Of a stretch of 64,000 nt of DNA, positions 39,681 through 54,130 are shown in pieces; position 1 is the stretch's first letter; each line of letters opens with the position of its first letter. A model generated the notes under the pieces. It had not been told where the DNA came from. It worked only from the letters and a program-made list of their open reading frames with translations, and made no database searches. Position numbers and translations under genes: made by a program. The DNA lies in assembly GCF_001194135.2 (NCBI RefSeq), contig NC_068982.1:39398828-39462827 (forward strand), written 5' to 3'. The stretch is from Octopus bimaculoides. Taxonomy: Eukaryota.

Positions 39681-40626
39681 TCGATTTCGCATGATTCGTC
39701 CTCTCTTTTAAACTCTATTAATCCACTATCACATATACATGGTGTGATGTTCTATTCGCAATCACAGGGAAACACACCTATACCGACACATTCATAGACA
39801 ACACGCTGTCAGCACACACTAACCTATACACACATTGAGACTATATTCATAGTAATGCGTATGGATATACACACTACAAAACACACGCACCCTGAAGTTT
39901 AGCTTTCGCGTATTTCTATATTTTCTATAACCCTTCAATGCTGTAAAATACGATTACGTTGAACGACTTCTGCCCATTCTCCAGCATGCTCTGTTCATAG
40001 TAGAGCCTTTGCTACACTTTCATTCTCCTTTACCTTTTACTCTCTAAATTTTGATGAAAGAAATCAGTCCAAAAAGTTAGATTTTCTCCATTTCATTACT
40101 GCTGCGTAAAATTAATTATCAACCCCCTATTTGTTGTTACTCATGGATATCATTACCTGGCTAAAGCAAATCTCACAGTCAGATAACACATGCATGGAAG
40201 TAATATACAGACATACACACTCTCCGCATGTATGCATGTATATACGTTTGTGTTTATGTGTATATAATTGTGTGTATATGTGATCGCGCAGGTATAGGCA
40301 TTGAGAGACGGGAGGTGGTGTAATAGGTTGTCTAACTACAACAGATATTCGTTAAACCATTTTCGGAATTTCATGACAGACAGGAATTTAGCCTTAACTG
40401 TGACACGAGAAGTAAAGCGGAACATTCGTGTAATTATTGGCTTGCTGCATTTAGATAACAATTACAATGCGAACCATTATAAAGAAAAATAGAAAATATA
40501 ACAAGTTTCGTATAACAATATGTTTAGTAGCATACTTCATTTCGATCATAGTCTTTGTACGGTTTTTGTTTCTGGTCTCAAGCCCAATAAACCGATATTG
40601 AAACGGGCGCTCTAAATCGACCAAGA

Positions 40627-40671
<45 letters not shown>

Positions 40672-42349
40672 NNNNNNNNNNGTGTGTGTGTGTGTGCGTG
40701 TGTGTGCGTGCGTGCGTGCATGTGTATGTGGAACGGGAAGTGTAATATGTGTCTGTCTGCAAAATCGATTATTCCAATCAAACAAATACCATTGTGTTTG
40801 ATCTGATTTGCTTTATTTACATATATAACACGCACACACATGCTGCCACGAGCGCATAACTTACCTATTTGTATGTGTGGGTGGGTGTCTGGCTGCATAT
40901 GTACACACACATACATACACACACATATATACACACGCGCAAACACACATACACAGATATATGTCGATTCTTCTTCTTCTGCTTCTAGCCCTTCTTTTTG
41001 TTATTACGATAACTATCATTATTATTGAAGTGAAACTGCGGAAAAAAAATTTCCGTTAACCAGCGTATATCGAATTCGTCACCATTGCCTTTTGCAATGA
41101 GCTACCAAATATGTTTGCAATGAAATTAAATTATTTTAAAATCCTTCAACAGAAGCATATANNNNNNNNNNNNNNNNNNNNNNNNNNNNNNNNNNNNNNN
41201 NNNNNNNNNNNNNNNNNNNNNNNNNNNNNNNNNNNNNNNNNNNNNNNNNNNNNNNNNNNNNNNNNNNNNNNNNNNNNNNNNNNNNNNNNNNNNNNNNNNN
41301 NNNNNNNNNNNNNNNNNNNNNNNNNNNNNNNNNNNNNNNNNNNNNNNNNNNATATATATATATATATATATACATACACACACACACATATATTGAGGTT
41401 GCCTACTCTTTATGCAGAATCTGACCATCTCTTGTACTTACACTTTAGATTCATCATGACGTCTGTTGTGGCTTATCTGATTTGTACCACCAAGGGCTGC
41501 TGTTAAGTTCTGATCTTTGTAGGTCTTAAAATGCCTTTAGAGGCCTCCGTTAGATTTGCAGACCTTATGGCATACACGATATTGAAAGGTGCGCAATGAT
41601 ATATAGGCAGAGTAGTTAGTGGAGGTGAGTTTTTCATGAGACTGCAAATAAGATTTGAGCTTAGTAAAAATATATAGGTGTGTGTGTATGTGTGTATGTG
41701 TGTATGTGTGTATATAACAGCTTGACTCTGTATAACTAAAATTTTCTTGGGTGTATCCTATCAGAAATTAGGAATCTCTATTGATTTCTGATGAGATGGA
41801 GACGTCCTACGTGCCTACAAACCTGAAAGTTATATGGAGCTACGTCAAACGCTTATTAAAATCTATATGCAACACATACCAAATATACTGAGTGCTATAT
41901 TCTTTCGTGTGTTCATTCACTAGTGTGTGTGTGGGTGTGTGTGTGTGTGCGTGCGTGCGATATGGCTGTTTGATGTGGCATTGAGTAAAGGCAATTTCAA
42001 GGAGCAGCAACGGAGAGTCTACAGTATAATAACATGGTTATATCCCTAAAAACACTAAATACAACCTCTTTGAGAATTCTGGCATGAACTCTTCGATTGT
42101 AGGAGAATGTAAACAATAATGTTATACAGCATTCACCTTTAGGTGCAACATTACATTTCCCTACAATAACATACATGTTTGTGCGTGTTTGTGTGTATTC
42201 ATTTACATGTACACACACACACACACACACACATACATATTATGTGTGTGTGTACAGTCACACACATATACATACATACATACATACATACATAAATACA
42301 TACATACATACATACATACACACTCGCACACACACATACACACACACAT

Positions 42350-42785
42350 AAAGCGAAGTGTGGAGTGGAGTGAAAGCGTTTGAAGAGGTCAGGATAACGC
42401 ATGCAAGACTTAAGAGAGATTTAAGGAAAAATGTCACGATCGAGAAGGTGAATCAGGACACTTTTCTGTGCACAGTTTGTGACAGACCATGTCTTTCTTT
42501 TGCTGTGCTCAAATTTCATTTGCAAACCCGTGGAAAATGAACCTCCACCAACTATTCTGCTTATGTGTCTGTGCATGCCTTTCAATTCAATGTATGCCAG
42601 TTTACGATCCACAAAGATCAGAACTTAACTGCAAATCTTGGTGGTCCGAAACGGATATGCAATCGATGTGGGCGTCTTTTCAGAACATTGTCTGGTTTAA
42701 AAAGCCACATCAGATGCCATGATGGTTCTAAAGTGTAGGTACAGGATGTGGTCAAACTCTCCATAAGGAGTAGACGACGCCCACC
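42350..42785 (+). mobile_element. RTE-clade LINE 3' end with C2H2 zinc fingers
   Basis: GVKAFEEVRITHARLKR..FLCTVCDRPCLSFAVLKFHLQT, then CNRCGRLFRTLSGLKSHIRCHDGSKV* followed by a short 3' tail. Confidence 0.75.
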
Positions 42786-43759
42786 ATATATATACATATA
42801 TAAGGTTGATAGTTATAGCTGGTCAGGGAGTAATCATTGGTTTCACACCTATAAAATTATCTGTATAGGTGAATGTATAGGAGACGTTTTTTGGAGTCTA
42901 ATGACTCTCCTATACAGCTAAGCACTTTTGAGCCGGCTATAACTATCAACCTTCTATAAATATATTACTGGTGTAATGTTTTAGTATGCTTCTTTTTGGG
43001 ATATATGAACTATATATATATACATATATAAGTATACGTGTGTGCGTGTGTGTTTACATCAAACGACGCACACACACACACACATACACACATGACGTAA
43101 ATGTATTTGCTTATCTACATCCGTGTTGCTTTTCTGATATACTTACGTCTGTATATTTCACATCCATTGACTCGCTCTACCTACAAATGTGAGTATGGGA
43201 GGGTGTGTTTTCGCTTCAGTTTTTATATGTGTATGCCTGTATTCACTAGTTATGTCTTTACATGCACATATAGTAGTAACGAACAATACGTAGAGATTCA
43301 ATTGAATTTGGACACCAGGACATCCTGGCCGAAATCAGCATTGTGCGTGAGTATGTGTGTATGTTTAAGAGTATATGGATGTGTGTTACTCTCCCATCCC
43401 CCAACATATGTACTGATGTAAAGTTTCAATGTGGTTGTTCCCCAAGATGGCCGCACTCTAATGACTGAAACAAGTAAAAGATGAAAGATTATATATATCT
43501 AACCTATTGAGGAGAGTTGTCAAAATCCCAACAACACTTAAAAGAAGACCTGTCAAAAAGACGGATGACCCTGATGTAGGTTAGACAATCCTCAAGCAAT
43601 ATCACAAGCAGCCAGAAAGCTCGGGTTCGCATACGGCATGCTGAAGTTCACTAAGACTGAGGATCAGCCCAGGTTTTGTTAAAGCATGTTTCTGGAAGAA
43701 TATCACTTTGATATAAAACCCTATATACAGGCAATGGCATTGGGTATTTTAGCGATCTT

Positions 43760-43961
43760 TTACTGGAGCTTTGCATGTTGCTCCCACGTTTTTGAGGCTG
43801 CAACTAATATTGGTACAAGATATCTTGCCTCGGTTTGCCACTGAACTGTATCATTAAGGTGGAGAGGCCTAGGAAGTATTATATAGGCCTTATTGGACCA
43901 AACATTTTGCACGGGCATTGCTTTGGTATGATGGTCATACTCATTTACGAGATGACAGCCA

Positions 43962-43965
<4 letters not shown>
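43760..43965 (+). mobile_element. Possible RTE-related 3' tail ending before (CA)n
   Basis: ATGGTCATACTCATTTACGAGATGACAGCCATC resembles the tail GTGGTCAAACTCTCCATAAGGAGTAGACGACGCC at about 42749-42782. Confidence 0.35.
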
Positions 43966-44023
<58 letters not shown>

Positions 44024-44330
44024 NNNNNNNNNNNNNNNNNNNNNNNNNNNNNNNNNNNNNNNNNNNNNNNNNNNNNNNNNNNNNNNNNNNNNNNNNNNNN
44101 NNNNNNNNNNNNNNNNNNNNNNNNNNNNNNNNNNNNNNNNNNNNNNNNNNNNNNNNNNNNNNNNNNNNNNNNNNNNNNNNNNNNNNNNNNNNNNNNNNNN
44201 NNNNNNNNNNNNNNNNNNNNNNNNNNNNNNNNNNNNNNNNNNNNNNNNNNNNNNNNNNNNNNNNNNNNNNNNNNNNNNNNNNNNNNNNNNNNNNNNNNNN
44301 NNNNNNNNNNNNNNNNNNNNNNNNNNNNNN

Positions 44331-44385
<55 letters not shown>

Positions 44386-46664
44386 ACAAATATATACTTA
44401 CGAAATAAAGAACATCTCATGATAAATTCAAATTTGCCTCAGTAAAACCTTGTTAGCGGTTGTTTACGACTTTCATAGATAAACAAAGAAAATTTTCATA
44501 AATTAATTATCGGCGTCACAGAAAATTGTATTTTTCTGCCTGAGATCAAAATGTGATTTGCTACGGAGTAATGTGACAGCTGCAGATACATTTTGGATTT
44601 ATTACGTTCATCAGAACAGCATAGCTTAGCTTATTTAGCCTTGTATTGTTTAGTTGAGAAGAGGTTTTGTAAATAGAAAAAAATGTAGGCTGAATTTTGG
44701 CCAGCAAAAAAGATGAAATTTTTGAAGTCAAGAATTTAGTGAATTCAGTCAATGATGTTGGTAAAAATATTCTTAATGAATTAAAAGGTGATTATTTGGT
44801 GAAAACGAGTTGAAATTAAAAGAAATTAAGATATTAAAGATCATTGACATGCATATTTATTCTAAAAGCTTTTCTACATATTCAAAAGATGAATGTAATC
44901 GTTGCTGTGTTTCGTCGTAGGAAAACAACTTTTCCTTAATGACGAATGTGTGCTCATAACATACTTAATTCTTTTGCTCAAGGGACGCAGACACAGCCGG
45001 TGTTTCGACATTGTTGTGTTTCATCAACCAGTGAAACCTAGACTAATTAATCTAACAAAGCTCGGAGCTTTGCTTAAAAATCAATTTCCCAGTTAAGCAA
45101 ATCGTTAAGCACAGACAAAAATCTGATAACTGATTATTTAACTCTTTTTTTTTTTTGTATTTATAAATTCTTGACTGATCAAAAATGCTTGTGAAAATTA
45201 TGATATTGTGAAGAGGTTCAATAACATGAAAACATGCTTCTTGCGATCATTTTGTCTGTAAACGTTATACCTCCACTTAACCATGCCCCCTTACAAATAG
45301 CTGAAGTTTCATTTTGTTTTGCCCTAAATACATTTTTATACACTGTGTATGTTGTTGCGTACGTTATTCAGAACATTGCTATGCAACTTAGGTGTCTAGA
45401 TCAGTGTCATTGGCCCATTACGGTTATTTCCCTTACTTCACTTTTTTTTCTATTGGCTGAAATAGTTTATTTTGATGGAGCAGGAGTGTTGTCACACACA
45501 TCTGGTGGATTTATCGATTGAAAACTACATATCGCTGCTAGAGAAAAAGTATATTGGGATCTTGCCCACAATTCCAGTGTTTGATGCGTCGATGTCAATT
45601 TGATGGATTATGTGGTTGCGTGAGATATAACACCTCCTGAAATTCTGGAATCCATCGCTAAGTTTACTGTTTTCTATTATTAACCCTTTCTTCAGTTTCT
45701 AACACTCATCTTTGTAAGTGATTCTTTTCAATATATATGTTTTATTATCTTTTGGATAGTTGATAATTCACCTCTTCACACAGATTCTCAACAAAAAAGC
45801 TCCTAAGCTTTGCATGCACACTGTTGTATTTATCTTTCATTCTGTACAAGCCTTTTGTTCGCATTAACTGTATTAATGACCTTAGTTCACTCTTTTATCT
45901 AACCTTAATGCGTTTTCCAACGTTCCTCGCATTTCTATTGATATCCATCCCACGCTGTTCTTTCTCTAATAGGATTTTGGTGTTTATATATACATCAACA
46001 TGTGACTCTCTCATATTCTATTGGTAGTCTTGTAACAACCAGAAACTGTAAAAGCAGAAGTGTTTTCTGCTGTTATTGTGGATGCATGGTAGATGCCAGT
46101 CCGTTCGTCTCATAACCCAGTTATAATTAAACTATTTTCTTATATCACTTACGACTCCAAAAGTCAAATTTGCCGCGTCCTGATTGAAATATAATTGCAG
46201 TTAACAAATTTATAAGTTCCCTTCAGAAGGAGAATTTTACTGGTTCTTTTTTCTTTAGAAATGTAGACAAGAATAGAATAAAACTGAGAAGTCATCGTAT
46301 GGCTCCATTGAATTTACACTGGAATATAGCAATTAATTTAAATTATTTTTTTACATGTCATATACGACTTGAAAGACAGTCAGTGATTTAAGCCTCAAGA
46401 AACTCTAAATTAAGCTCCTAGTCTCTCGTCTCCGATTTAATCTGAATGCCTCACTAAGAGAATTGAACATGTTGTATTTAGTATTTTGGGATCCGGTTCT
46501 ACAAATTTCATCTCAGAAAGACTAACCTTCTGGATTTTGTCTGTCTTATTATCCTGCTAAAATAATGTTGAACATTTGAACGGAAAAACTTGTGCAAAAT
46601 TTTCTAAGTTGCATATTTTGACTTAGAAAGTGATGGAACTTCATTGCTTCGACCCATATGAATA

Positions 46665-47002
46665 ATAATAATTATTATTACTATTTTCTTTTTTTTCCTT
46701 TTATCGTACGTTAGTAGGTTTTGTTGGAGCTCTCGGATTCTTGCATGCTTAGCGGGCTTACTACCTGCACTCTAAGATACCATGCTATTCGTTCTTTTCA
46801 GCTATCTAATACTTACCTGATTATTTTGGCCGTGCCAAGGAGGCAAATCTCTTGTAACAGTTCTACTGGGCACTCTATTCCAATTTCCTTTATATTCCTC
46901 TAGATGCCTTCTGATACTGTTCCCAGGGATCCAACAGTAATTGGCACTACCTTCACCTTCTTCATTTTCCACAGCCGGGCTATGTCGTACTTAAGAGGGT
47001 TG

Positions 47003-47069
<67 letters not shown>

Positions 47070-47545
47070 TCTCCTTCCTTCTTGACTTTTCGTGGGTGAA
47101 AGGGGCATGCAACATCAACTATATAGCATATATGGTGCACCTTGTCAATCACCACTAGGTCCGGTCTGTTATGCTCTAGAACCTGATCTGTTTGGATTGG
47201 GAAATCCCAGAAGATTTTGCTAGTCTTTGACTCCGCTACTCTGCGTATTGTGCTCATATCACGTCTTGTCTCTCTCTAGCCCCCACTTTCGCACAGTTCC
47301 CAGTGGAGCACTTTCGCTACCTGGTTGTGTCGCCTCAACTTGTGGTGGTTTTGGGCAATTCTAGGGCATTCGTTCGTGATATGGGTAATAATTTCATCCA
47401 CTGTATGCAGATGCGGCACAGCAGAGATACTTGCTCATTCCTAAGGTTGACCTTCCGGTTCGTGGCCGTATTTATTTTACAACGGCACCAACGGTATTTC
47501 ATATCAAGATATGGAGGGAATGGTAGACTCCGCCTATAAGGAATA
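46665..47545 (-). mobile_element. R4/Dong-like (RLE-type) non-LTR retrotransposon 3' end, decayed
   Basis: Minus strand: CRIC..EIITHITNECPRIAQ..RHNQVAKVLHWELC; KIFWDFPIQTDQVLEHNRPDLVVIDK..IVDVACPF..KEGEKIDR; YNPLKYDIARLWKMKKVKVVPITVGSLG..LLQEICLLGTAKII; ends in a (TAA)n tract. Confidence 0.85.
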
Positions 47546-47749
47546 TTGTTATTTTATATTGATCAATTATGATCCAGAAAATCGGTGAAGAAAAACATTG
47601 CTTCTATGACCATATCAACAGTGTTTTCTACAGACACTATATACTATATCATTTAAGGTGTCTTTCTTTCCTTTAAAATTTTAGGGTGTACTTAGAGGAG
47701 ATTTGGCTGCTATATTTATCAAGTTAAGCAACAGCGTAGAGTCACTGTA

Positions 47750-48262
47750 AAACCCAACGGAATATATCAGCTGAAGGCATGGTAAGAACATCCATAGAAA
47801 AGCTTAGCAATATCTGGACCAACAAAAGTGTCCCGACTAACTTTAAAACAAGGCTACTGCAAGCGCTCATTTGGCCAATAGGTATTTACGGTTGCGATGG
47901 ATGAACTCGGAACTAATTTGAAGAGAACATAATGCATTTGAAATGTAGGTGTACAGAAGAATGTTTCGAGTCTCATACAAGGGTCATCGGACAAATAAGA
48001 CGACAACTCCTGAACCTTATGAAAAAACAAATCTCGTCTATTATGGTAATATTCGAAAAAGTAAAGGTTTGAAAAATATTATGGAAGGAAGAGTACAAGG
48101 CAATAGAATAAGAAACGGGCAAAGAACGCAATGGATGGACAACATCAAGAGCTTATTGGACAAGAGTGACAAGCAGCTGGAGAACACGCGCTTAATCGGC
48201 AAAACTTTCGTTGCAGTGTCATGAATGCACTGCAGGCGTTCGATACTTGAATCGATGAAGGT
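47750..48262 (+). mobile_element. RTE-BovB-like LINE 3' RT/thumb fragment
   Basis: RLLQALIWPIGIYGCDG*..AFEM*VYRRMFRVSYKGHRTN..IMEGRVQGNR..WMDNIK. Confidence 0.8.
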
Positions 48263-49094
48263 ATTTTACATTGTAAGTGAAAAATTAATTTAACTCTTTG
48301 TGATCTGTGTTGCCGACATGTACAGCATCTAAAGAAAGAAAATAGACATATTCAACGTGGTTAGTAGCACATCTTTTGGATCGTAAGATAGAGCAAAGAA
48401 AAAAAAAAGATTAAAAAGAACTCAAATGTAACTTAAGCAGGGGAACAGAGAAGATTTGTTTTTAATTTAGACAACTGATGTGGCATAAAAAATATACAAG
48501 CCTGCATCTACGTGTTTGACATTTTCGCACAAATACTTGCATTCATCTCATTTTAAACAAAACGTTCTATTTTGTCGGCTAAACTTACGCCGTTTTAAAA
48601 TTCTAGAGATATGTGTGCATACACATACATGCATTTATACATGCCTACATACATAGATGACGCACGCACGCGCGCACACATACATGTATGTGTGAATGTA
48701 TGTCTGTAGGAGAAGTTCACTCTGATATGAAACAGAATATTCAGGGAATGGTTTGGGGCATTTCAGGGATATTTTGCTTGCACATGAGGTCATGGTGCTC
48801 CTACATTCCTGAGCCTGCGACCCATATTTGTACTGGTCACCTCACCCGACTTGCCTCTGGATCATATCACTAGGGTGGAGAGGGTCGGTGAGCTATTCTG
48901 CAATCTTTATTGGCCCTAAAATTGTAGGCTGTGTCATCACTGGCAAGGCAACTTTCCGATGCCTGTTGAGTAGGAGGTGGGGGAACCGCGGCTGGCAAGG
49001 AAACTGCGGGCGCAAACTTGGGGGAGGGCGATTGTGTGTGCAATAAGCAATATAATTGTAAGGACTTAGTTGTTCAAACCGTTTCGGACCTCTG

Positions 49095-49127
<33 letters not shown>

Positions 49128-51116
49128 GTTTTCTAGCTGGACCACTGCTCCTACGTTGTTTAGATTGGGTCTCCGGTGTTGCGAGTAGTAGCCCTACTTC
49201 TTCGCGGGTTTGAAAGGTTCTCCTATTACATAACCTACCACGTGGAGGGGTTCTTGGAAAGTGTTGGACCTGTACATGAAAAACCCTCTTATTACATGAT
49301 CAAACCTGTTCAGTCTCGTCTTTATTATTATAGTGTGTCATATAAAAACTTTTCTTATGACAGTACTTCTACGCCTGTCTGATCATGATATCCTAAGTAT
49401 AAATCTAATTCATAGCATTAAAAAAAAAAACTCTGGTCTGCATTTATCTTCACATGTAAAGGTCCATGGCGTATGTTGCAATGCGGAGAATAAGAGAGTT
49501 GTAAAGTCTATTTTTTTGTTTCTGTTTAATGTTGTACATTATTTTTCCTGTCTTCTGCACGCTCTGTTTGCAAGGAGAACTCGTCATGTTTCACTGAAAA
49601 TTTTGGAAATATATATATATATATATATATATGTGCTTGCAGATAATAGAATCTTGCTCTTGACGCCATAAATTTTTATACCTTAATTTTTACCTGCTTC
49701 CACTAACTGTTTAGTGGACCTTTTCAGTTTGTAGGTATTAGATTCGTGTCGTCAGTAATATGTAGGCGACAGTGAGACCAAAATTTTATCTAAATTTTTA
49801 TGTACTCCAATGACAAGTTTCCAGAATGTGTAAAAAGTACCCACGCGTGAACGCTCAGCTAATCATCTCAGATCACAACACACAGAGTATTGTTGTATGG
49901 TGTTTAAATAATTCGCAATACCTTTGGCTCTGCCCCTATTGTTATTACCATCTTCCATTAAGGCTCCCTCCATATGGCTGGGAGTTAGCTTTAAGCTCGC
50001 TTTACACACACACACATATAACTGCATATATAAGCATGAAATAAAAAAAGGTTTAAATGCTTATATGAGTGTGTATGTGTGGGTAGATAGATAGAAAACC
50101 TTCTTTTATTAGCCACACAGGGCTGCACACAGAGGGGACAAATACAACTGTAGAGCTTTTCTTAAAAAAAATTAAAAAAAAAAAAATCCGATCAAAAGGG
50201 ATCGGTAGNNNNNNNNNNNNNNNNNNNNNNNNNNNNNNNNNNNNNNNNNNNNNNNNNNNNNNNNNNNNNNNNNNNNNNNNNNNNNNNNNNNNNNNNNNNN
50301 NNNNNNNNNNNNNNNNNNNNNNNNNNNNNNNNNNNNNNNNNNNNNNNNNNNNNNNNNNNNNNNNNNNNNNNNNNNNNNNNNNNNNNNNNNNNNNNNNNNN
50401 NNNNNNNNNNNNNNNNNNNNNNNNNNNNNNNNNNNNNNNNNNNNNNNNNNNNNNNNNNNNNNNNNNNNNNNNNNNNNNNNNNNNNNNNNNNNNNNNNNNN
50501 NNNNNNNNNNNNNNNNNNNNNNNNNNNNNNNNNNNNNNNNNNNNNNNNNNNNNNNNNNNNNNNNNNNNNNNNNNNNNNNNNNNNNNNNNNNNNNNNNNNN
50601 NNNNNNNNNNNNNNNNNNNNNNNNNNNNNNNNNNNNNNNNNNNNNNNNNNNNNNNNNNNNNNNNNNNNNNNNNNNNNNNNNNNNNNNNNNNNNNNNNNNN
50701 NNNNNNNNNNNNNNNNNNNNNNNNNNNNNNNNNNNNNNNNNNNNNNNNNNNNNNNNNNNNNNNNNNNNNNNNNNNNNNNNNNNNNNNNNNNNNNNNNNNN
50801 NNNNNNNNNNNNNNNNNNNNNNNNNNNNNNNNNNNNNNNNNNNNNNNNNNNNNNNNNNNNNNNNNNNNNNNNNNNNNNNNNNNNNNNNNNNNNNNNNNNN
50901 NNNNNNNNNNNNNNNNNNNNNNNNNNNNNNNNNNNNNNNNNNNNNNNNNNNNNNNNNNNNNNNNNNNNNNNNNNNNNNNNNNNNNNNNNNNNNNNNNNNN
51001 NNNNNNNNNNNNNNNNNNNNNNNNNNNNNNNNNNNNNNNNNNNNNNNNNNNNNNNNNNNNNNNNNNNNNNNNNNNNNNNNNNNNNNNNNNNNNNNNNNNN
51101 NNNNNNNNNNNNNNNN

Positions 51117-51181
<65 letters not shown>

Positions 51182-52830
51182 TAGTGTGATATTTAACCGT
51201 TATTTCAAAATTACAAAAGAGCTGACAATAAAATGGTCGTTATGCGTGCTTTAGTGGCTCTATTTACTCTAAAATATTTTGTGGACACAATCGGCCTCCA
51301 TTTTTTTCCCAATCCACTTCGTAGCACTGAGTCATTATATTTAGGTCTGTAGCTGTCTCCCAGAGCAGACGGCAAATCAATTAACTGCAATAAGTATCAT
51401 TGTTGTAGACACTTTTTGCCCCTTGTATTTGTACAGAAAAGTCAATATGATCGACAAGATCCATAATAAGACGATGGTCCCGGTTGGCTACAGTTCAGTA
51501 ACTAAAACCACTAAGAAATAAAAGAATAAAAGAATATACATGTTTATAACAACACGGTGTATGGATATGTGTACAAGAGCTCTTAAAAGCCATCATTTCT
51601 GTGTAGCCCCGCCATTCATGATAGGAGATTTTTTATGCAGCATGTTCAATATATAGATTCTAAACATTTCTCATAATTTCGTAATTGCATGGAAATATCA
51701 AAAGAATTTCCCGTGTTTTTTATAACCCGGTAATCGAAAATTGAAAGGGATTTCTTTTTGTGAGCAGTGAGTTTGATATCAAGTGCAGTGATTAGTTCGA
51801 CACAGCTTACTTTGTTAGAATTAAGGCCCTGATGAGAAGGCATTTACGTATGAAGGTTTAGAATTCCTTAATACGATTTAGTGTAAAATTACTGTGTTAT
51901 TTGCCGTTAATACTGCTCGATTATCCTATTAGGAACATACTATTGTTCTGTAATGAGAGAAAAATTGCATTTCTTGTTCTAAGTATAATTCAAGGTAGAA
52001 TATGCTTGTCATATATATTTAACTCAGTATTAGTCAGATTGCTTAAACTGCAATTAGGGTTACACGCAAAATTGATGCTGTAATCTTTATGAGTAATGTA
52101 GAATATCCATGGGACTAAGTACTATATTCTGTTTTCTACATAGATTGCAGTGGGAAGTCTGCTCTTATAAGCAATCAAGAAACTGGAATGAAAGATTTTT
52201 GTAAACCTTTCCAAATGCATTTTCCTTTGAAAAAGTACCATGCCGTTTAAAGATAATTATTATTCTCATGACAATGCTACCATGTATATGTGGTATTCCT
52301 CGTTCAAATTTACGCTTAAAAGTCTGGTTAAACAATAAATTCTAATAAACATGAGATATTTTAAGTCAATGTTAACACGCTTCAAAGTATCTATTTCAAA
52401 TTAATTTCTCCTCACCAAAAGGATAATTCTAGCACCATAAAGTAAAATGCATGGTTTAATAATTTGAAATATCTGAACAATTCTGATCTTATCACCTATA
52501 TTTTGTATAACTGTATAGATTTTAAAGACATCTACATGTCTCGATTTATTTCCTGTGTACAGTTAGATCATTATGCAAACGCAGTTATCAACTGCTTTAT
52601 ATTTTTGCACTAATACAGATAATTTCATATTTTTTCATATACATTTTTATATATGTATGTACTAAATGTACAGTTTCTACAAATAGCGATCATTACTATA
52701 TTTAAACATTTTTACTGCACATTTAGTTTATACCAAATTTTATGTTCCAAAATCTTTTATGGATATATAAAAGACACGAAGCGAATGACGTTCTGTGACG
52801 TTTCAGTTTCTATTAAATTGTATGGTGTGA

Positions 52831-52914
<84 letters not shown>

Positions 52915-53959
52915 TGTGTGTGTGTGTGTGAGTGTATGTGTGTGTATATAGCGCATTGTGGGATCCAGCCTAGAAGCTTGTGGTTGTGATGCTAACTTCG
53001 TACCTACAGAGCCTAACCTGCACAGTATGTATACTGATAAAGATTGGTAATCTTCGTGTTCTTCAGGACTTAAACTGAACGGATATACTATCGTGTAAAA
53101 ATAATTCTGAAAGTCATCCACATGCGCGCATACACATCTATTTCATCTCCATACCTAAAATCTTCCCCACCCCCAACCTGACCTCAGTATATGGGAATTA
53201 TATTCATATTTTTCTCTTTCATATACGCCTTTCCTTCATTACAACACGTTTTTCCTCTTTATTTTTCTTCATTTTATTTCTCTATCCATCTCTCTAATAT
53301 CTTTCATTTTTTCCACTATCTGTCTTTACTTGCTCAGTGTCTCTTTCTCTCCTTACTCATTCTCCTTCCGTTTGATTATCACAAACATCACTTTTAACTA
53401 AAGCGCTCAACGTAATGTCTTTTTACCTACCTTTCTAACCGATAGCCTTATTTCGTTATCCAATGTGCTTCGACCTAACGAATGAGTCTCAATACAAATA
53501 ACATTCAAATTTCTCTCAAATTGCACCTTTACATTCTTTAAAAAAATGGACAGCGTAGATAACATAGTTCTGAATATCCTTAAAAAGTGAAACAGTATAA
53601 ATGAACATATCTGCAGTAAATGACAACACAAAAAATACTCTAAACTACGTTTTACTATTTATCATTTATTCATTCTAACCTGTAATTCGGATACTCTTTA
53701 TGCTTGCCATTCCTCTCCCTTTCTTCCATTCATTCCACTTGTGTAATTAACACTTTTTGACGCGACGAATGAGAGGTTGTGTATTTCATAAAAAGTTTTG
53801 CAAACTTTTTCCTTCTCTCTATGCTCCGAATTCAAACTACGCAGAGCTCAACATCACCTTTCAACCTTTCTGGTGGATAAAAAACACTAGTTTCGGTTAT
53901 TTGTTACAGTATGGGCGGGAGCTTTTGCTCTTGTTATTGTCACCGTCTACGATTTGATA

Positions 53960-54130
53960 GTAACGAATGTGACAATACTGGTGCCATGCTATTTCAGCCC
54001 TAGCCTTTTCCTCTGACAACATCGGTGGCTCGAAAACAGGAGGCTTGCATATATATGCTGGGTTTCTATTAAAATATAAAATGTCAACAAAGCCTTAGAG
54101 AGGAACCTTCTAGATGCAAATCTAGCTCCT
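53960..54130 (+). mobile_element. SINE family D body, diverged
   Basis: CCTTTTCCTCTGACAACATCGGTGG...GGAGGCTTG...GCCTTAGAGAGGAACCTTCTAG aligns with the 7550-7700 copy. Confidence 0.6.

Noticed and set aside
45300-45640. Minus-strand DIDASNTGI motif resembling Gypsy RNase H
   Set aside because: Only one short motif, with no convincing RT or integrase continuation.
53888-54068. Minus-strand terminal-exon-like ORF (NPAYICKPPVFEPPMLSEEKARAEIAWHQYCHIRYY...) after a plausible acceptor
   Set aside because: It overlaps the antisense of a diverged SINE family D body (53960-54130) and has no recognisable protein homology.
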